Origin: a virus
Lineage: Duplodnaviria > Caudoviricetes
Length of the DNA stretch: 43,144 nucleotides
Direction: 5' to 3' (one strand)
IMG/VR virus record: IMGVR_UViG_3300032257_000567
Location: 1 to 43,144 of that record
Shown: piece after piece, positions 34,661-43,144 of the stretch
Layout of the letters: each line of letters begins with the position of its first letter
Numbering within the stretch: the first letter of the stretch is position 1
Position numbers and translations under genes: made by a program
Notes under the pieces: model-generated
The model's database searches: none
The model's input: only the letters and a program-made list of their open reading frames with translations
Told to the model about the DNA's origin: nothing

Positions 34661-36378
34661 TGGCGTATCAATTCGGTGCAGGATCCCAGCTCACAACCAC
34701 GTTAGATACAACAAATACATTACGCTCGTATGTTTTTCGGTTTTATCAAATTGGTAATGGAGGCAGCAATAACGGACGCATATTCGATAAGCGTGAAAGT
34801 GGCGATCCGGCACGAGAAAGATTTTATGCGGCAAGTACAACACTAAAGTTTCGACGAGAATATACAACAACAGCGGGTGAATGGGCAGTTGATCAGCCCT
34901 CATTAAACGAGTGGCATCATTGTGTAATTACTTATGATGATTCAAGTACGGCAAATGACCCTATTATTTATATCGATGGGGCATTAGTAACGGTCACAGA
35001 ATCAATCACCCCTGTTGGTACATTGCGCCCAGATAATACATCAAACTATGTTTGGGGCAACGATGGCACAGCAACAGATTATTACTGGGATGGTTATTTA
35101 GCAGAGTGCGCAATCATTGACGGCATTGTATCTGCTGAAGATGCTATGTTGTTGTATGAGGGGCTGCTACCATCAGAGGTCGGTACAGTGGCGAGTCACT
35201 GCCCGATGTTTGATAGCCCTGTAGATTTAATTATTACCGATGCAACAGCAACAAACCTAACAGTTGTTGATCATCCAGGGATTACTGGCGGGGTTGGGAT
35301 TGGTGAAGCAGAACAGATTAATCTGTCTGTGGGTGAGTTGAATGCTCAGGCAAGTTTGTATGATGTCCAATCGACATATAGTGTCGATCTTAGCGTTGCT
35401 GCTTCACTCGTTACAGCCCTGAGCGATTCGGTGGCTGTTGAGTCTGATTACAATTGTGTAAACTCTGGTTTAGTTTCTAGTTTTGTGACGGTTTCCGGTT
35501 CAGTTGTCCAGGAAAATTATTGTTCAGTAAATATGATTGAAGCGGTTATGGTTGACACTTCTTTTACGCTTCCTGATGTGTATACTGGGGTGTTTCAATC
35601 ATTGCTATGCCTGAGTGATTTGCCCTCTGTATTGCTAACTTCTTCAAGTAATTTGGCGACAGACGGTCTAACTTCGAAATCTGTTTTGCCTGGGTTTAGT
35701 TTGAATGTTAATCAAAATCTGTCAGTTGATTATTTAACCTCAGTTGTTTCGATAAGTGGTGCTCAAAGTAGTTATGCATTTTCCGCGAGTGTTGATTCGC
35801 TAGTTTCATTACCCACTTTATCATGGTCAACCGTCACCATAGATGGGTTGCTGACTATGGTGCCAATTGATGTGACTGCTAGCTTAGCAGGCGGAGTTGT
35901 TGGTCAAGAAATAAACCCATTAATATCTAGTTTAGTGGGTGATGCATTTTCTCAGGAAATATCGTTAGAGCAAACATTTATAGCAAGTGCTGATGAACTT
36001 TCTGTATTTACAGATATTGGCTCTTTGTCAATAGATCAGTCGTCTCAATTAAGTGTGGTTGATCTTAATTCAAATTTGATGTTGAACATGGCATCTATTG
36101 TTCAGCTTAGAAGTGCGGTTGTAGATGAGTTGGTGGCGGCTGGCGTAATAGCTGAGGTGATCGCTTCTCCAGATGGTGTACGAATTTTTCCGGCATTATA
36201 TGCATTTACAGAAAGTTATATTGATGATGTTGGTAAATCATTAAGTTTTAGCGTTGATAGTCTGTCCGCAATGGCGGTAACAGAACGGGCGCTCATTAAT
36301 AATTTGCCGCATTTTAAAATTCATTCTTCGGGTATTTTCTCGATTACTCAAAAGACTGGCGTTCAGTCGGTTCATTAA
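34660..36378 (+). CDS. LamG/concanavalin-like N-terminal domain plus a repetitive Ser/Val-rich stalk
   Basis: LNEWHHCVITYD...IYIDG...WDGYLAE; periodic 'LSV..L' beta-strand repeats. Confidence 0.7.
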   Translation: MAYQFGAGSQLTTTLDTTNTLRSYVFRFYQIGNGGSNNGRIFDKRESGDPARERFYAASTTLKFRREYTTTAGEWAVDQPSLNEWHHCVITYDDSSTANDPIIYIDGALVTVTESITPVGTLRPDNTSNYVWGNDGTATDYYWDGYLAECAIIDGIVSAEDAMLLYEGLLPSEVGTVASHCPMFDSPVDLIITDATATNLTVVDHPGITGGVGIGEAEQINLSVGELNAQASLYDVQSTYSVDLSVAASLVTALSDSVAVESDYNCVNSGLVSSFVTVSGSVVQENYCSVNMIEAVMVDTSFTLPDVYTGVFQSLLCLSDLPSVLLTSSSNLATDGLTSKSVLPGFSLNVNQNLSVDYLTSVVSISGAQSSYAFSASVDSLVSLPTLSWSTVTIDGLLTMVPIDVTASLAGGVVGQEINPLISSLVGDAFSQEISLEQTFIASADELSVFTDIGSLSIDQSSQLSVVDLNSNLMLNMASIVQLRSAVVDELVAAGVIAEVIASPDGVRIFPALYAFTESYIDDVGKSLSFSVDSLSAMAVTERALINNLPHFKIHSSGIFSITQKTGVQSVH

Positions 36379-36408
36379 TTTAATTGTTGTTTAACAAAGG
36401 AGTGCGGC

Positions 36409-37050
36409 ATGTCGCAAGATTACCACGTGGATGTTTATGATAAAGGATTGGAGCAGATTTCTAACTCTGCGAATTGGGGTGGTGGTGTGCTTAAGATGGT
36501 TATGTGCATGGCAAAACCGGCTGATGATACAGAAGCTTCGACGTTATACCCTAGTGGCAAGCGAGTGAGCGGTGTTATAAACATGGCTGGCGGTGACTTC
36601 ACTCTGCAGAATAAAGCCGGGGGTGGGCGTGAGATTGTGACGGCGGTGAAGGTCGACGCTGCTGGTGTAACTGTGGTGAGCACGGAAAATGGCACGGCAG
36701 AAAGTGGTTCGGCAGCAGCGTTGGTTGATACTAATAAAGCATGGACTGTTGATGCGTGGAAAGGCTGGGTTGTTGAGATTACTGCTGGTACTGGTGCGGG
36801 TCAAAAGCGAGTGATTAGTACAAACTCGGCAACGCAGTTGACGCCAGAAACCAATTTTACCACTGCGCCGGATGCTACATCGGTTTATAAAATTACGCCA
36901 GATTTATGCATTGTGCTTTATGATGCGGGTGGATCTCCGCGTGTTTTGGCTGTGGTTAATGAAGATCAGAATGGTGATGTTGCGGAAAACTCAGTTCTGA
37001 ATATACCAAGCTTAACTTTGGGTATTTCGGCGCCAGCGTCTGCAGCGTAG
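36409..37050 (+). CDS. Putative virion structural or fibre-anchoring protein
   Basis: AAGGAG RBS; DVYDKGL...GGGRE; inserted module AWTVDAW.G..VEITAGTGAGQ.R.I..N.AT. Confidence 0.6.
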   Translation: MSQDYHVDVYDKGLEQISNSANWGGGVLKMVMCMAKPADDTEASTLYPSGKRVSGVINMAGGDFTLQNKAGGGREIVTAVKVDAAGVTVVSTENGTAESGSAAALVDTNKAWTVDAWKGWVVEITAGTGAGQKRVISTNSATQLTPETNFTTAPDATSVYKITPDLCIVLYDAGGSPRVLAVVNEDQNGDVAENSVLNIPSLTLGISAPASAA

Positions 37051-37059
37051 GTTTAAAAA

Positions 37060-37380
37060 ATGATACGTGAGCAAATATTTCCTGGTTTAGAAAATTCCAT
37101 TGATTGGATTTTGACAAGCCAGGAAACGCCATTGTCTCCCACGCGCAACTTCAATATGGATGATGCCGGAGTTTCGAAAGTTGAGATTCACGTGGGTGAT
37201 GCGATCGTTAGTTCTGTAGGTAACACAAACCTGTCATTTAACGGCACGCGTATTACGGCAAGTTTGGGTTTGGCGCTGCCAACGTTAGCTGCCGGAAAAT
37301 ATGATGGAAAGCTGGTTTTGTTTTCGCCGGATTTTCCATTGGGTAAGTTGTGGTTTGATCAAATAGAATTTAGGGTGTGA
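37060..37380 (+). CDS. Hypothetical (Ig-like/adaptor) protein
   Basis: Beta-rich, L.AGKYDG.L pattern; coupled to the next gene. Confidence 0.5.
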   Translation: MIREQIFPGLENSIDWILTSQETPLSPTRNFNMDDAGVSKVEIHVGDAIVSSVGNTNLSFNGTRITASLGLALPTLAAGKYDGKLVLFSPDFPLGKLWFDQIEFRV

Positions 37381-37382
37381 TT

Positions 37383-37655
37383 ATGAGTAAGAGTACAAAT
37401 AAAATTGTGTTTCGATTTCCCGTAAAAGATGCAGGAATTGAAGTTAAAGAGGTGACTATGCGTCGCGCAAAAGTTAAAGATATGCGTATTGCGACGGAAA
37501 TATCAGATAGTGACGGATCATATGAAACCATTCTCCTTGGCAATCTATGTGGTTTGTCGCCAGAGGCGATGGATGAAGTTGATCAGTATGATTACGCTGA
37601 GATGCAAAGTGTATATAAAAGTTTTTTAGCACCGCCTGCAGTTACGCAGGAGTAA
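37383..37655 (+). CDS. Tail assembly chaperone (P2 gpE / FluMu gp41-like)
   Basis: VTMRRAKVKD...L.NLCGLSPE..DE.D..DY..Q; lies before the tape measure gene. Confidence 0.88.
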   Translation: MSKSTNKIVFRFPVKDAGIEVKEVTMRRAKVKDMRIATEISDSDGSYETILLGNLCGLSPEAMDEVDQYDYAEMQSVYKSFLAPPAVTQE

Positions 37656-37783
37656 GGCAGGCCTGTTGTTTAGTGATGCATGCTTTCCATCAACCCTTGC
37701 CTGTGTTGATGGATATGGATGTGGTTGAGTTGTTTCAGTGGGCGGAAGACGCTGAAAAATTGTTAAAATCCCTTAATCCTTAG
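37621..37783 (+). CDS. gpE'-like extension reached by -1 frameshift
   Basis: G TTT TTT AG slippery site; -1 frame is open to TAG at 37783 and encodes ...AFHQPLPVLMDMDVVELFQWAEDAEKL. Confidence 0.7.
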
Positions 37784-37791
37784 AGTTTCTC

Positions 37792-39852
37792 ATGTCAACA
37801 AAAAATACCTCAGTCGGCGTACTCATTGGTGGTGCTGTTGGTCCGAGCCTGGGTAATAGTTTTCGCACTGTTACTGAGCAGCATAAACGTTTGGGTGATG
37901 CGCTGCGTCGATCGCGCATAGGTCAGGGTGTTACTAAAGATGTCATTCGATATTCCAGTGAATTGGCTAAGTTGCGTCGGCAACAAAAAACCACTGGTGC
38001 TGACAGTGCTGGTTTGGCTGGTAAAATTTCTAAGGCTGAGTTGGCGCTTAAACGTGCGGAAAAACAGGCTGGAAAATATGGTGTAACGCTGGGTAATGCG
38101 ACACGACAACAGCGCCGATTTGAGCGCTCTGCACGGGACTCTGAGCGCGCCATTGAGCGTTTGGGTGCAAAGGAGCGTAATCGTGCGCGGTTGGGTGGTT
38201 TGCGTGGTAAGGCGCTGGGTGTTGGTGCGGCGGCTTATGGTGCTAGTCGTGCTTTGCGTGGCCCGTTGGACTTCGAGCGGGCTAGTACGCGTTTGGAGAC
38301 AGTACTGCCGGATAAAGATATCGAAAAGAATTTGCTAAAGGCGAAAAATCACGCGGTTAATTTTGCACGTAAAAATATTACCAATGAAACAGAAATGTTG
38401 AATATTCAGTACGCGCTAAATAGTGCAGGGCTGGGTGCTGCAGCTTCCCGCATTGGCTCTGAGATTGTGGCTAAGACCTCGGTTATTACGAACGGTGTGC
38501 CGGAAAGAGTGGCTGAGGTGGTGGCGACGACATTTAATAATCTGGGTGCTAGCCTGGAAGGGTCAATGGGTGACAAGCTGGTGACCATTGGTGATCTGCT
38601 AACAAAGACACAACTTAAGTTTCAGCTTCGGGATTTTAATCAGTTGGGGGAGTCTATGAAAACCGCTGCGCCCACTTTGGCGCAATATAACGTGGATCTT
38701 TCTCAGGCTGTAACACTGTTGGGTCAGTTAAATTCAGCTGGTTTGCAAGGTTCTGAGGGTGGTACGGCATTTAAAGCCACGATGCGAAATATGTCGAAGG
38801 CCTCTGATGAGCTGGGTTTTGAGTTGATGCGTAATGATCGCGGTGGCTTAGATGTTATTGAAACGTTCAAGGCAATGTCTGATGCGATTGGTGGTTTTGA
38901 AGGCATGGATCAGGAGACGAATGACGAGCTCCAAAAACTGTTTGGTGATGAGGGTATTGCTGGAGTGATTTTGCTGGGGCAAAAGCTTAATGACTTAGAG
39001 GCTGCACAAAAAGATGTAAATCAAAGTTTCAAAGGCGCTGTTGATACACAGTATGCCAAATTTCTGGATGATTTTGGTGGTCAATTGGACGTATTAAAGA
39101 ATCAGGCGGGGCAGTTGGGTCGGGTATTTGTTGAAACGTTTATTCCTGCTTTACAGTCGAGTATTGGTCCGATTACTAATATGCTGGGTAATACAGCTCA
39201 GATGATTCAAGCAAATCCAGAATTGGGGAAAACAATATTGGGTGTCGCTGCAGGGTTTTTATTGCTGAAAAGTTTTAGTATGGTTGGGGTGTTGGGGCTT
39301 ACAGCGATGTCGTCTGGTGTGATTGTGTTGGGTGGATTAATGCGATTTATGAAAGGTGGGATAGGTTTGGCGGCTACAGCAATAGGTCTATTAGGTCGTG
39401 CATTATTTTTGAATCCAATTGGTATGGCTGTAACTCTCATTGCTTCGTCGGCTGCGCTTTTGATTAACAATTGGGAGCCAGCGCGTGATTTTTTCATGAA
39501 ATTTTGGGAGCCAATTAAACGGGTGTGGGGTTCTGCTGTTGATTGGGTAAGTAAGAAGTTTAACATTGTTGCTAAACCATTAGGATTTGTTACGGATACG
39601 TTTGACAAGTTGGTTGATGCGGCTGATCCGGAGGGGTCAATTCAGAAAAAGATCGAACAGTTTTTTTCGGGTGAATCTGGTGTTAAAGCTGGATCATCGT
39701 CAAATAAGGTTGATATGAAGTTTGATGCACCTATCACAATACACGCTGCACCTGGGATGGACGTACGAGAGGTGGGTGAGCAAGTGAAATATCAACTTGA
39801 TGAGATGATGCAGCAATGGCGCACGGAATGGGGTACGTCTGCCAATGGCTGA
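37792..39852 (+). CDS. Tail tape measure protein
   Basis: TP901-type core (LGESMK.AAP...G.L..AGLQGSEGGTA), NPIG repeat, W-rich tail. Confidence 0.92.
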   Translation: MSTKNTSVGVLIGGAVGPSLGNSFRTVTEQHKRLGDALRRSRIGQGVTKDVIRYSSELAKLRRQQKTTGADSAGLAGKISKAELALKRAEKQAGKYGVTLGNATRQQRRFERSARDSERAIERLGAKERNRARLGGLRGKALGVGAAAYGASRALRGPLDFERASTRLETVLPDKDIEKNLLKAKNHAVNFARKNITNETEMLNIQYALNSAGLGAAASRIGSEIVAKTSVITNGVPERVAEVVATTFNNLGASLEGSMGDKLVTIGDLLTKTQLKFQLRDFNQLGESMKTAAPTLAQYNVDLSQAVTLLGQLNSAGLQGSEGGTAFKATMRNMSKASDELGFELMRNDRGGLDVIETFKAMSDAIGGFEGMDQETNDELQKLFGDEGIAGVILLGQKLNDLEAAQKDVNQSFKGAVDTQYAKFLDDFGGQLDVLKNQAGQLGRVFVETFIPALQSSIGPITNMLGNTAQMIQANPELGKTILGVAAGFLLLKSFSMVGVLGLTAMSSGVIVLGGLMRFMKGGIGLAATAIGLLGRALFLNPIGMAVTLIASSAALLINNWEPARDFFMKFWEPIKRVWGSAVDWVSKKFNIVAKPLGFVTDTFDKLVDAADPEGSIQKKIEQFFSGESGVKAGSSSNKVDMKFDAPITIHAAPGMDVREVGEQVKYQLDEMMQQWRTEWGTSANG

Positions 39853-40351
39853 GGTATTAGGGACTTTAAGTGATGGCGCGGCTGATCTTAGTAGTGCAGT
39901 TCTGTTGGCTGAGGCGGTTGTTTATCATTTAAAATTTGATAGCCCGATTCAGTTTGCTCTGGGCCCGTTTATTTTTTCTCTGGATACAGCTGCACCGCAA
40001 AACACTGGCCGTAAAGATCGATATAACTGGGTGTCAGTACCGCGAGTGGGCCGTGAATCTGCACAGCAATATACGGGAAAAGGTGATGCCACATTTAATT
40101 TGAATGGCATTATTTATCCGTATTATAAGGGTGGTTTGGGGCAGTTGGAGTATATGCGTTTGCTGGCAGGGATTGGCAAACCATTAACGCTGATAGATGG
40201 CCGTGGTGTGTATTACGGTACCTGGTGCATTACGGACATCGAGGAAAAAGGGAAGCATTTTCACAGCAACGGCACACCGCGAAAAATGGACTTTTCTTTG
40301 GGTTTAAAATATTACGGCAGGTATAACGATGTCCCTAAGTTACCGTTCTAA
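39845..40351 (+). CDS. Tail protein U (P2 U-like)
   Basis: ALGPFIFSL.T, QYTG.G, L.G.IYP, G.WCI..I.E, FSL.LK.Y. Confidence 0.88.
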   Translation: MAEVLGTLSDGAADLSSAVLLAEAVVYHLKFDSPIQFALGPFIFSLDTAAPQNTGRKDRYNWVSVPRVGRESAQQYTGKGDATFNLNGIIYPYYKGGLGQLEYMRLLAGIGKPLTLIDGRGVYYGTWCITDIEEKGKHFHSNGTPRKMDFSLGLKYYGRYNDVPKLPF

Positions 40352-40538
40352 ACAAGGCGAGACGCTGGACTATATTTGTTTTAAGCGTTATGGGAAAACC
40401 AATGGTGTTGTTGAGCAGGTGCTGATTGCCAATCCTGGGTTGGCTGAAAAAGGGATTGTTTTACCCTTGTCAACACTGGTGACTTTACCCGACATCGATG
40501 AGCCAAGTGCATTTAATGTTGTGAGGTTGTGGACGTGA
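40329..40538 (+). CDS. Tail protein X
   Basis: QGETLD.IC..RYG...VEQVL.ANPGLA..G..LP...V.LW. Confidence 0.9.
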   Translation: MSLSYRSKQGETLDYICFKRYGKTNGVVEQVLIANPGLAEKGIVLPLSTLVTLPDIDEPSAFNVVRLWT

Positions 40539-41503
40539 AGCCAAGTTTTAAAGTTATCGCGAACGATAAAAATATTACGGATTTGATTGCTGATCGATTT
40601 ATTGAATTGCGAATTACGGATGAGGTGAATCAGAAATCGGATTTACTCTCTATTCGTTTGGACGATGGTGATAACAAAATTGTAGTGCCTAGTAATGATG
40701 TAGAGCTTACGGTTGAGCTTGGCTATGATGGCAAGCTTGAAAAAATGGGTGTGTTTTCGGGCCTTGAGTTAGTGTTTTTAGGTCCACCGGATATTGTTGT
40801 TATTCGTGCAAGTGCCATGAATTTGCGGAAAGGTATGAAGGCTAAAAAAAGTCGATCTTTTGAAAATATTTCGTTTGGTGATTTGATGAGTACGATTGCT
40901 AATGAACATGGATATACCGCATTAGTAGATGATTTTATCGCTTCGATTGTGTTTCCTTACATTGCACAAACAAATGAAACGGATTGGCAACTGATTAATC
41001 GTTTAACTCGTGACTATGACGCATTTATAAAAGCTTCTGGCGGTAAGTTAGTGGTGGCGATGCGTGATGGAAAAAAAAGCTTAGCGACACAAGGGCAATT
41101 ACCCGTTGTAGAGGTCGATCGAAGTGATGTTGAGAAGTGGGATATAAAACATAACGATAAAACGAAAATAAAATCGGTTAAAGCGAAATGGTACGATAAA
41201 GGGTCTGCGTTGATGAGTGTTTATGAGGCCGGTAGTGGTGAGCCGAAAATTGAGTTGAAAAAGACTTATGATTCTGAGGCGCAGGCGAAGCTTGCTGCAG
41301 AGGCAAAACTTAAGCGAATGCATCGTTTAGAAAAAACCGGACGTGTGACGATGGCGGGTCGTACTGCGTTGGTTGCCATGGGAACTTTGTCATTAAAAAA
41401 TGGCTTTCGTGAAAACTTGAAGGGTGAATATACCTTGAATCGTGTAGATCATGTTTTGTCTGCAAGTCGTGGGTATCGGTGTGAGTGTGATATTGAGGTT
41501 TGA
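40529..41503 (+). CDS. Late control / baseplate hub protein D (P2 D-like)
   Basis: KSD.L.I.LDD, LGY, GPPD, QTNETD...RL; start may be GTG at 40535. Confidence 0.9.
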   Translation: MDVKPSFKVIANDKNITDLIADRFIELRITDEVNQKSDLLSIRLDDGDNKIVVPSNDVELTVELGYDGKLEKMGVFSGLELVFLGPPDIVVIRASAMNLRKGMKAKKSRSFENISFGDLMSTIANEHGYTALVDDFIASIVFPYIAQTNETDWQLINRLTRDYDAFIKASGGKLVVAMRDGKKSLATQGQLPVVEVDRSDVEKWDIKHNDKTKIKSVKAKWYDKGSALMSVYEAGSGEPKIELKKTYDSEAQAKLAAEAKLKRMHRLEKTGRVTMAGRTALVAMGTLSLKNGFRENLKGEYTLNRVDHVLSASRGYRCECDIEV

Positions 41504-41703
41504 TTGGTATATAGACGTAGCAGTTATATTATCTAGTTCCATAAACATTATACGAAATAACGTAAATCATTAAAGTTAGCGTATAAAGTTGCCGTTTAAG
41601 TATGTGTATTAATAAAGGTTTTACTATTCAAATGTTAGATATAACAATAACTTAGTTAAAACTGTGTTGAGTTTCTCATTTTTAATGGTGTTGAAAACTT
41701 GTA

Positions 41704-41725
41704 ATTATATAAAATATTATATAAT
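41704..41725. promoter_or_regulatory. Palindromic operator candidate upstream of the HTH antitoxin
   Basis: ATTATATAA-AATA-TTATATAAT. Confidence 0.4.
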
Positions 41726-41760
41726 GTAATACATGTTACATAAGCAATTTGGAGCCGCAC

Positions 41761-42045
41761 ATGGCAATTAAATACTACGATACTCCGTTTCATGTTAATC
41801 ATGATGCCGAAACAGCAATTAATATGGCTATGAAAGTAGATCTGTCTATTAAAATCGCAAAGCTAATTAAAGAGCGTGGTTTAACTCAAGCGGATGCTGC
41901 AGAAATGTTGGCTGTTCATCAATCAAGAATATCAGAGCTTGTTAATGCGAAAATTGAAAAATTTACGATTGACACAATGGTTGGTATGCTAGATAAGCTT
42001 GGGTTTCAGGCACAAATTGTCATATCAGAAAAGCAGGTGGCTTAA
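41761..42045 (+). CDS. XRE-family HTH protein (HigA-like antitoxin)
   Basis: GGAG RBS; GLTQADAAEMLAVHQSRISELVNAKIEKFTID.M..ML.KLG. Confidence 0.82.
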   Translation: MAIKYYDTPFHVNHDAETAINMAMKVDLSIKIAKLIKERGLTQADAAEMLAVHQSRISELVNAKIEKFTIDTMVGMLDKLGFQAQIVISEKQVA

Positions 42046-42374
42046 ACGCCTAGTTCTAACTTGAGCGCTTGGAGGCGCTTGCCGGCTAGTCTCATCGCTT
42101 TTACATCATTGCCGTTGGTTGTTTTTTCAAATGAATGCAGAACAAAAACAGTGTCTTGATACTTGGTTATATATAGACATCTAAACGCTGGGCTGCCATT
42201 AATGATAAGTTCAATAACACCTGGGCCAACGCTATTTAAGTGTTTGATCGGTAATTTAGGGTCTTGATCGAGCTGAATAAGCATTAGATTGAGGCCAAAA
42301 TCATCCTGAATCTCATCAGGAAACTCTTTATATTCACGCTCAGCGGCATCGCTGGCAAATGCGAAGTTTTTCAT
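42042..42374 (-). CDS. RelE/ParE-like (phage Gp49-type) toxin
   Basis: EFPDEIQDDFG..L..IQ, VGPGVIEL, FRC.Y, VFVLHSFEKTT. Confidence 0.82.
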   Translation of the reverse strand: MKNFAFASDAAEREYKEFPDEIQDDFGLNLMLIQLDQDPKLPIKHLNSVGPGVIELIINGSPAFRCLYITKYQDTVFVLHSFEKTTNGNDVKAMRLAGKRLQALKLELGV

Positions 42375-42398
42375 ACCACAATTATTTTTGGGGTGGAG

Positions 42399-42824
42399 TT
42401 ATTTGGCATCTTTTTTCTCGGAAATCAATTCATCGACTATCTGATGAAGTAGCTTTTTATATTCCTCAGTATCTTGCTCCATTTTTGTAAGTCGATGTTT
42501 AAAAGAGCTGGCTTCAATATTTTTCAATCGGCTTGATAGTTTCTGGCTGGAAGATTGGGTATTGCTATCTGGGGCTATGCTTTTTGTATCGAGCCCAAGC
42601 TGAGCAGCCATGCGAACGATCATTTCAGCTAATTCGTGATTGCTGATTTCTGTTTTTGCGGTTTCACGTTCATTTTTTACGGACTCCTCTAATCTCAACT
42701 TGATTTCACTGTTTAGTGATATTCCGCTTTTGTTGGCAGTGGTTTCTAAATACGTTCGTAAATCAATAGGTAAGCGAAGCGGGTAAGGCCTGTCTTTGTG
42801 TCTGTCTTTTTCTTTATCGTCCAT
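42399..42824 (-). CDS. Arc-family ribbon-helix-helix regulator with C-terminal extension
   Basis: YPLRLP.DLR..L...A...G.SLNSEI..RLEES. Confidence 0.85.
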   Translation of the reverse strand: MDDKEKDRHKDRPYPLRLPIDLRTYLETTANKSGISLNSEIKLRLEESVKNERETAKTEISNHELAEMIVRMAAQLGLDTKSIAPDSNTQSSSQKLSSRLKNIEASSFKHRLTKMEQDTEEYKKLLHQIVDELISEKKDAK

Positions 42825-42868
42825 CGTTCGATTATGATTTCAATTTCGAGTCAATACAATGATTTCTC

Positions 42869-42896
42869 TTGACTCTATATATATCAGTACTATAAT
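42869..42896 (+). promoter_or_regulatory. Sigma70 promoter for the rightward Arc-like gene
   Basis: TTGACT, 16 nt, TATAAT. Confidence 0.6.
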
Positions 42897-42976
42897 TTAC
42901 AATAGATACAAAATGAATCCACACATATTGCATCAAAAAGACGAGTTATCCACAGGATAAATAAAGGAAATTTATT

Positions 42977-43144
42977 ATGAGTACAGAAAAAGTTAGTCAA
43001 ATACGACCAATACCAGTAAGGCTACACCCAAAATTTAGAGCTAAGATCGAGAGTGAGTGTAGAAAAAATCGATGGAGTTTGAACACTTGGTTAGTCGTTG
43101 CGGCGGAAGAAAAAATTGCCAGGGACCAGGAGAAAGCTGCATGA
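42977..43144 (+). CDS. Small Arc-like RHH protein, 55 aa (not in track)
   Basis: AAGGA RBS; MSTEKVSQIRPIPVRLHPKFRAKIESECRKNRWSLNTWLVVAAEEKIARDQEKAA. Confidence 0.7.
   Translation: MSTEKVSQIRPIPVRLHPKFRAKIESECRKNRWSLNTWLVVAAEEKIARDQEKAA

Larger units (their letters stand above)
1..43144. mobile_element. Temperate phage/prophage with lambda-like early and head modules and a P2-like contractile tail
   Basis: Continuous synteny int-xis-cI-cro-cII-O-P-Q-cos-terminase-portal-protease-capsid-baseplate-sheath-tube-tape measure-D. True ends and att sites are not visible. Confidence 0.95.

Noticed and set aside
24955-36378. Diversity-generating retroelement or invertible fibre system
   Set aside because: No reverse transcriptase or invertase gene, and no template/variable repeat pair noticed.
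13547-41323. Many 60-130 aa antisense or alternate-frame ORFs in the track across the late region
   Set aside because: They are shadows of well-supported structural genes, with no recognisable motifs.
41520-41700. Possible dif, res or att site in the AT-rich gap after gene D
   Set aside because: No XerD arm (TTATGTTAAAT) and no repeat shared with the left end that I could find; only a weak IHF-like match.
42875-42890. Possible LexA box (CTCTATATATATCAG)
   Set aside because: It does not fit CTG-N10-CAG on either strand (one base short and a mismatch in the conserved triplet).

Overview
The window is a nearly complete temperate phage or prophage, probably of a Gammaproteobacterium. It starts at a start codon and ends at a stop codon, so it appears trimmed at gene boundaries, and no att sites were found. 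The early region is lambdoid: int, xis, a leftward accessory operon, cI/cro with twin TTGACA-17-TATTCT promoters, a cII-like gene, dNMP kinase, O/P-like replication genes with iterons, a Q-like gene and a late promoter. Next come a lambda-like cos site and head module (terminase, gpW, portal, ClpP-like protease, decoration protein, gpE capsid) and a P2-like contractile tail (V, W, J, I, H, FI, FII, E/E', T, U, X, D). The most striking unexplained structure is an integron-type gene-cassette array at about 1858-3990 in the early-left operon. It has two well-formed and one degenerate attC-like sites, the cassette ends show the expected R'/R'' complementarity (GTTAGATGC/GCATCTAAC; GTTATGTG/CACATAAC), there is no IntI gene, and the phage-type ORFs run opposite to the canonical cassette orientation. 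Other oddities: an ~8.7 kb glycan-interaction insert between tail tube and chaperone (RcGTA-like head-spike base and fibre with an SGNH esterase, plus a signal-peptide beta-helix/malectin protein), an O-acetyltransferase, a CI that seems to lack autocleavage residues, a secreted CxxCH protein where lysis genes normally sit, no recognisable lysis genes, and a convergent RelE/HigA-like pair next to divergent Arc-like repressors. All family assignments are by eye from remembered motifs; no searches were run.
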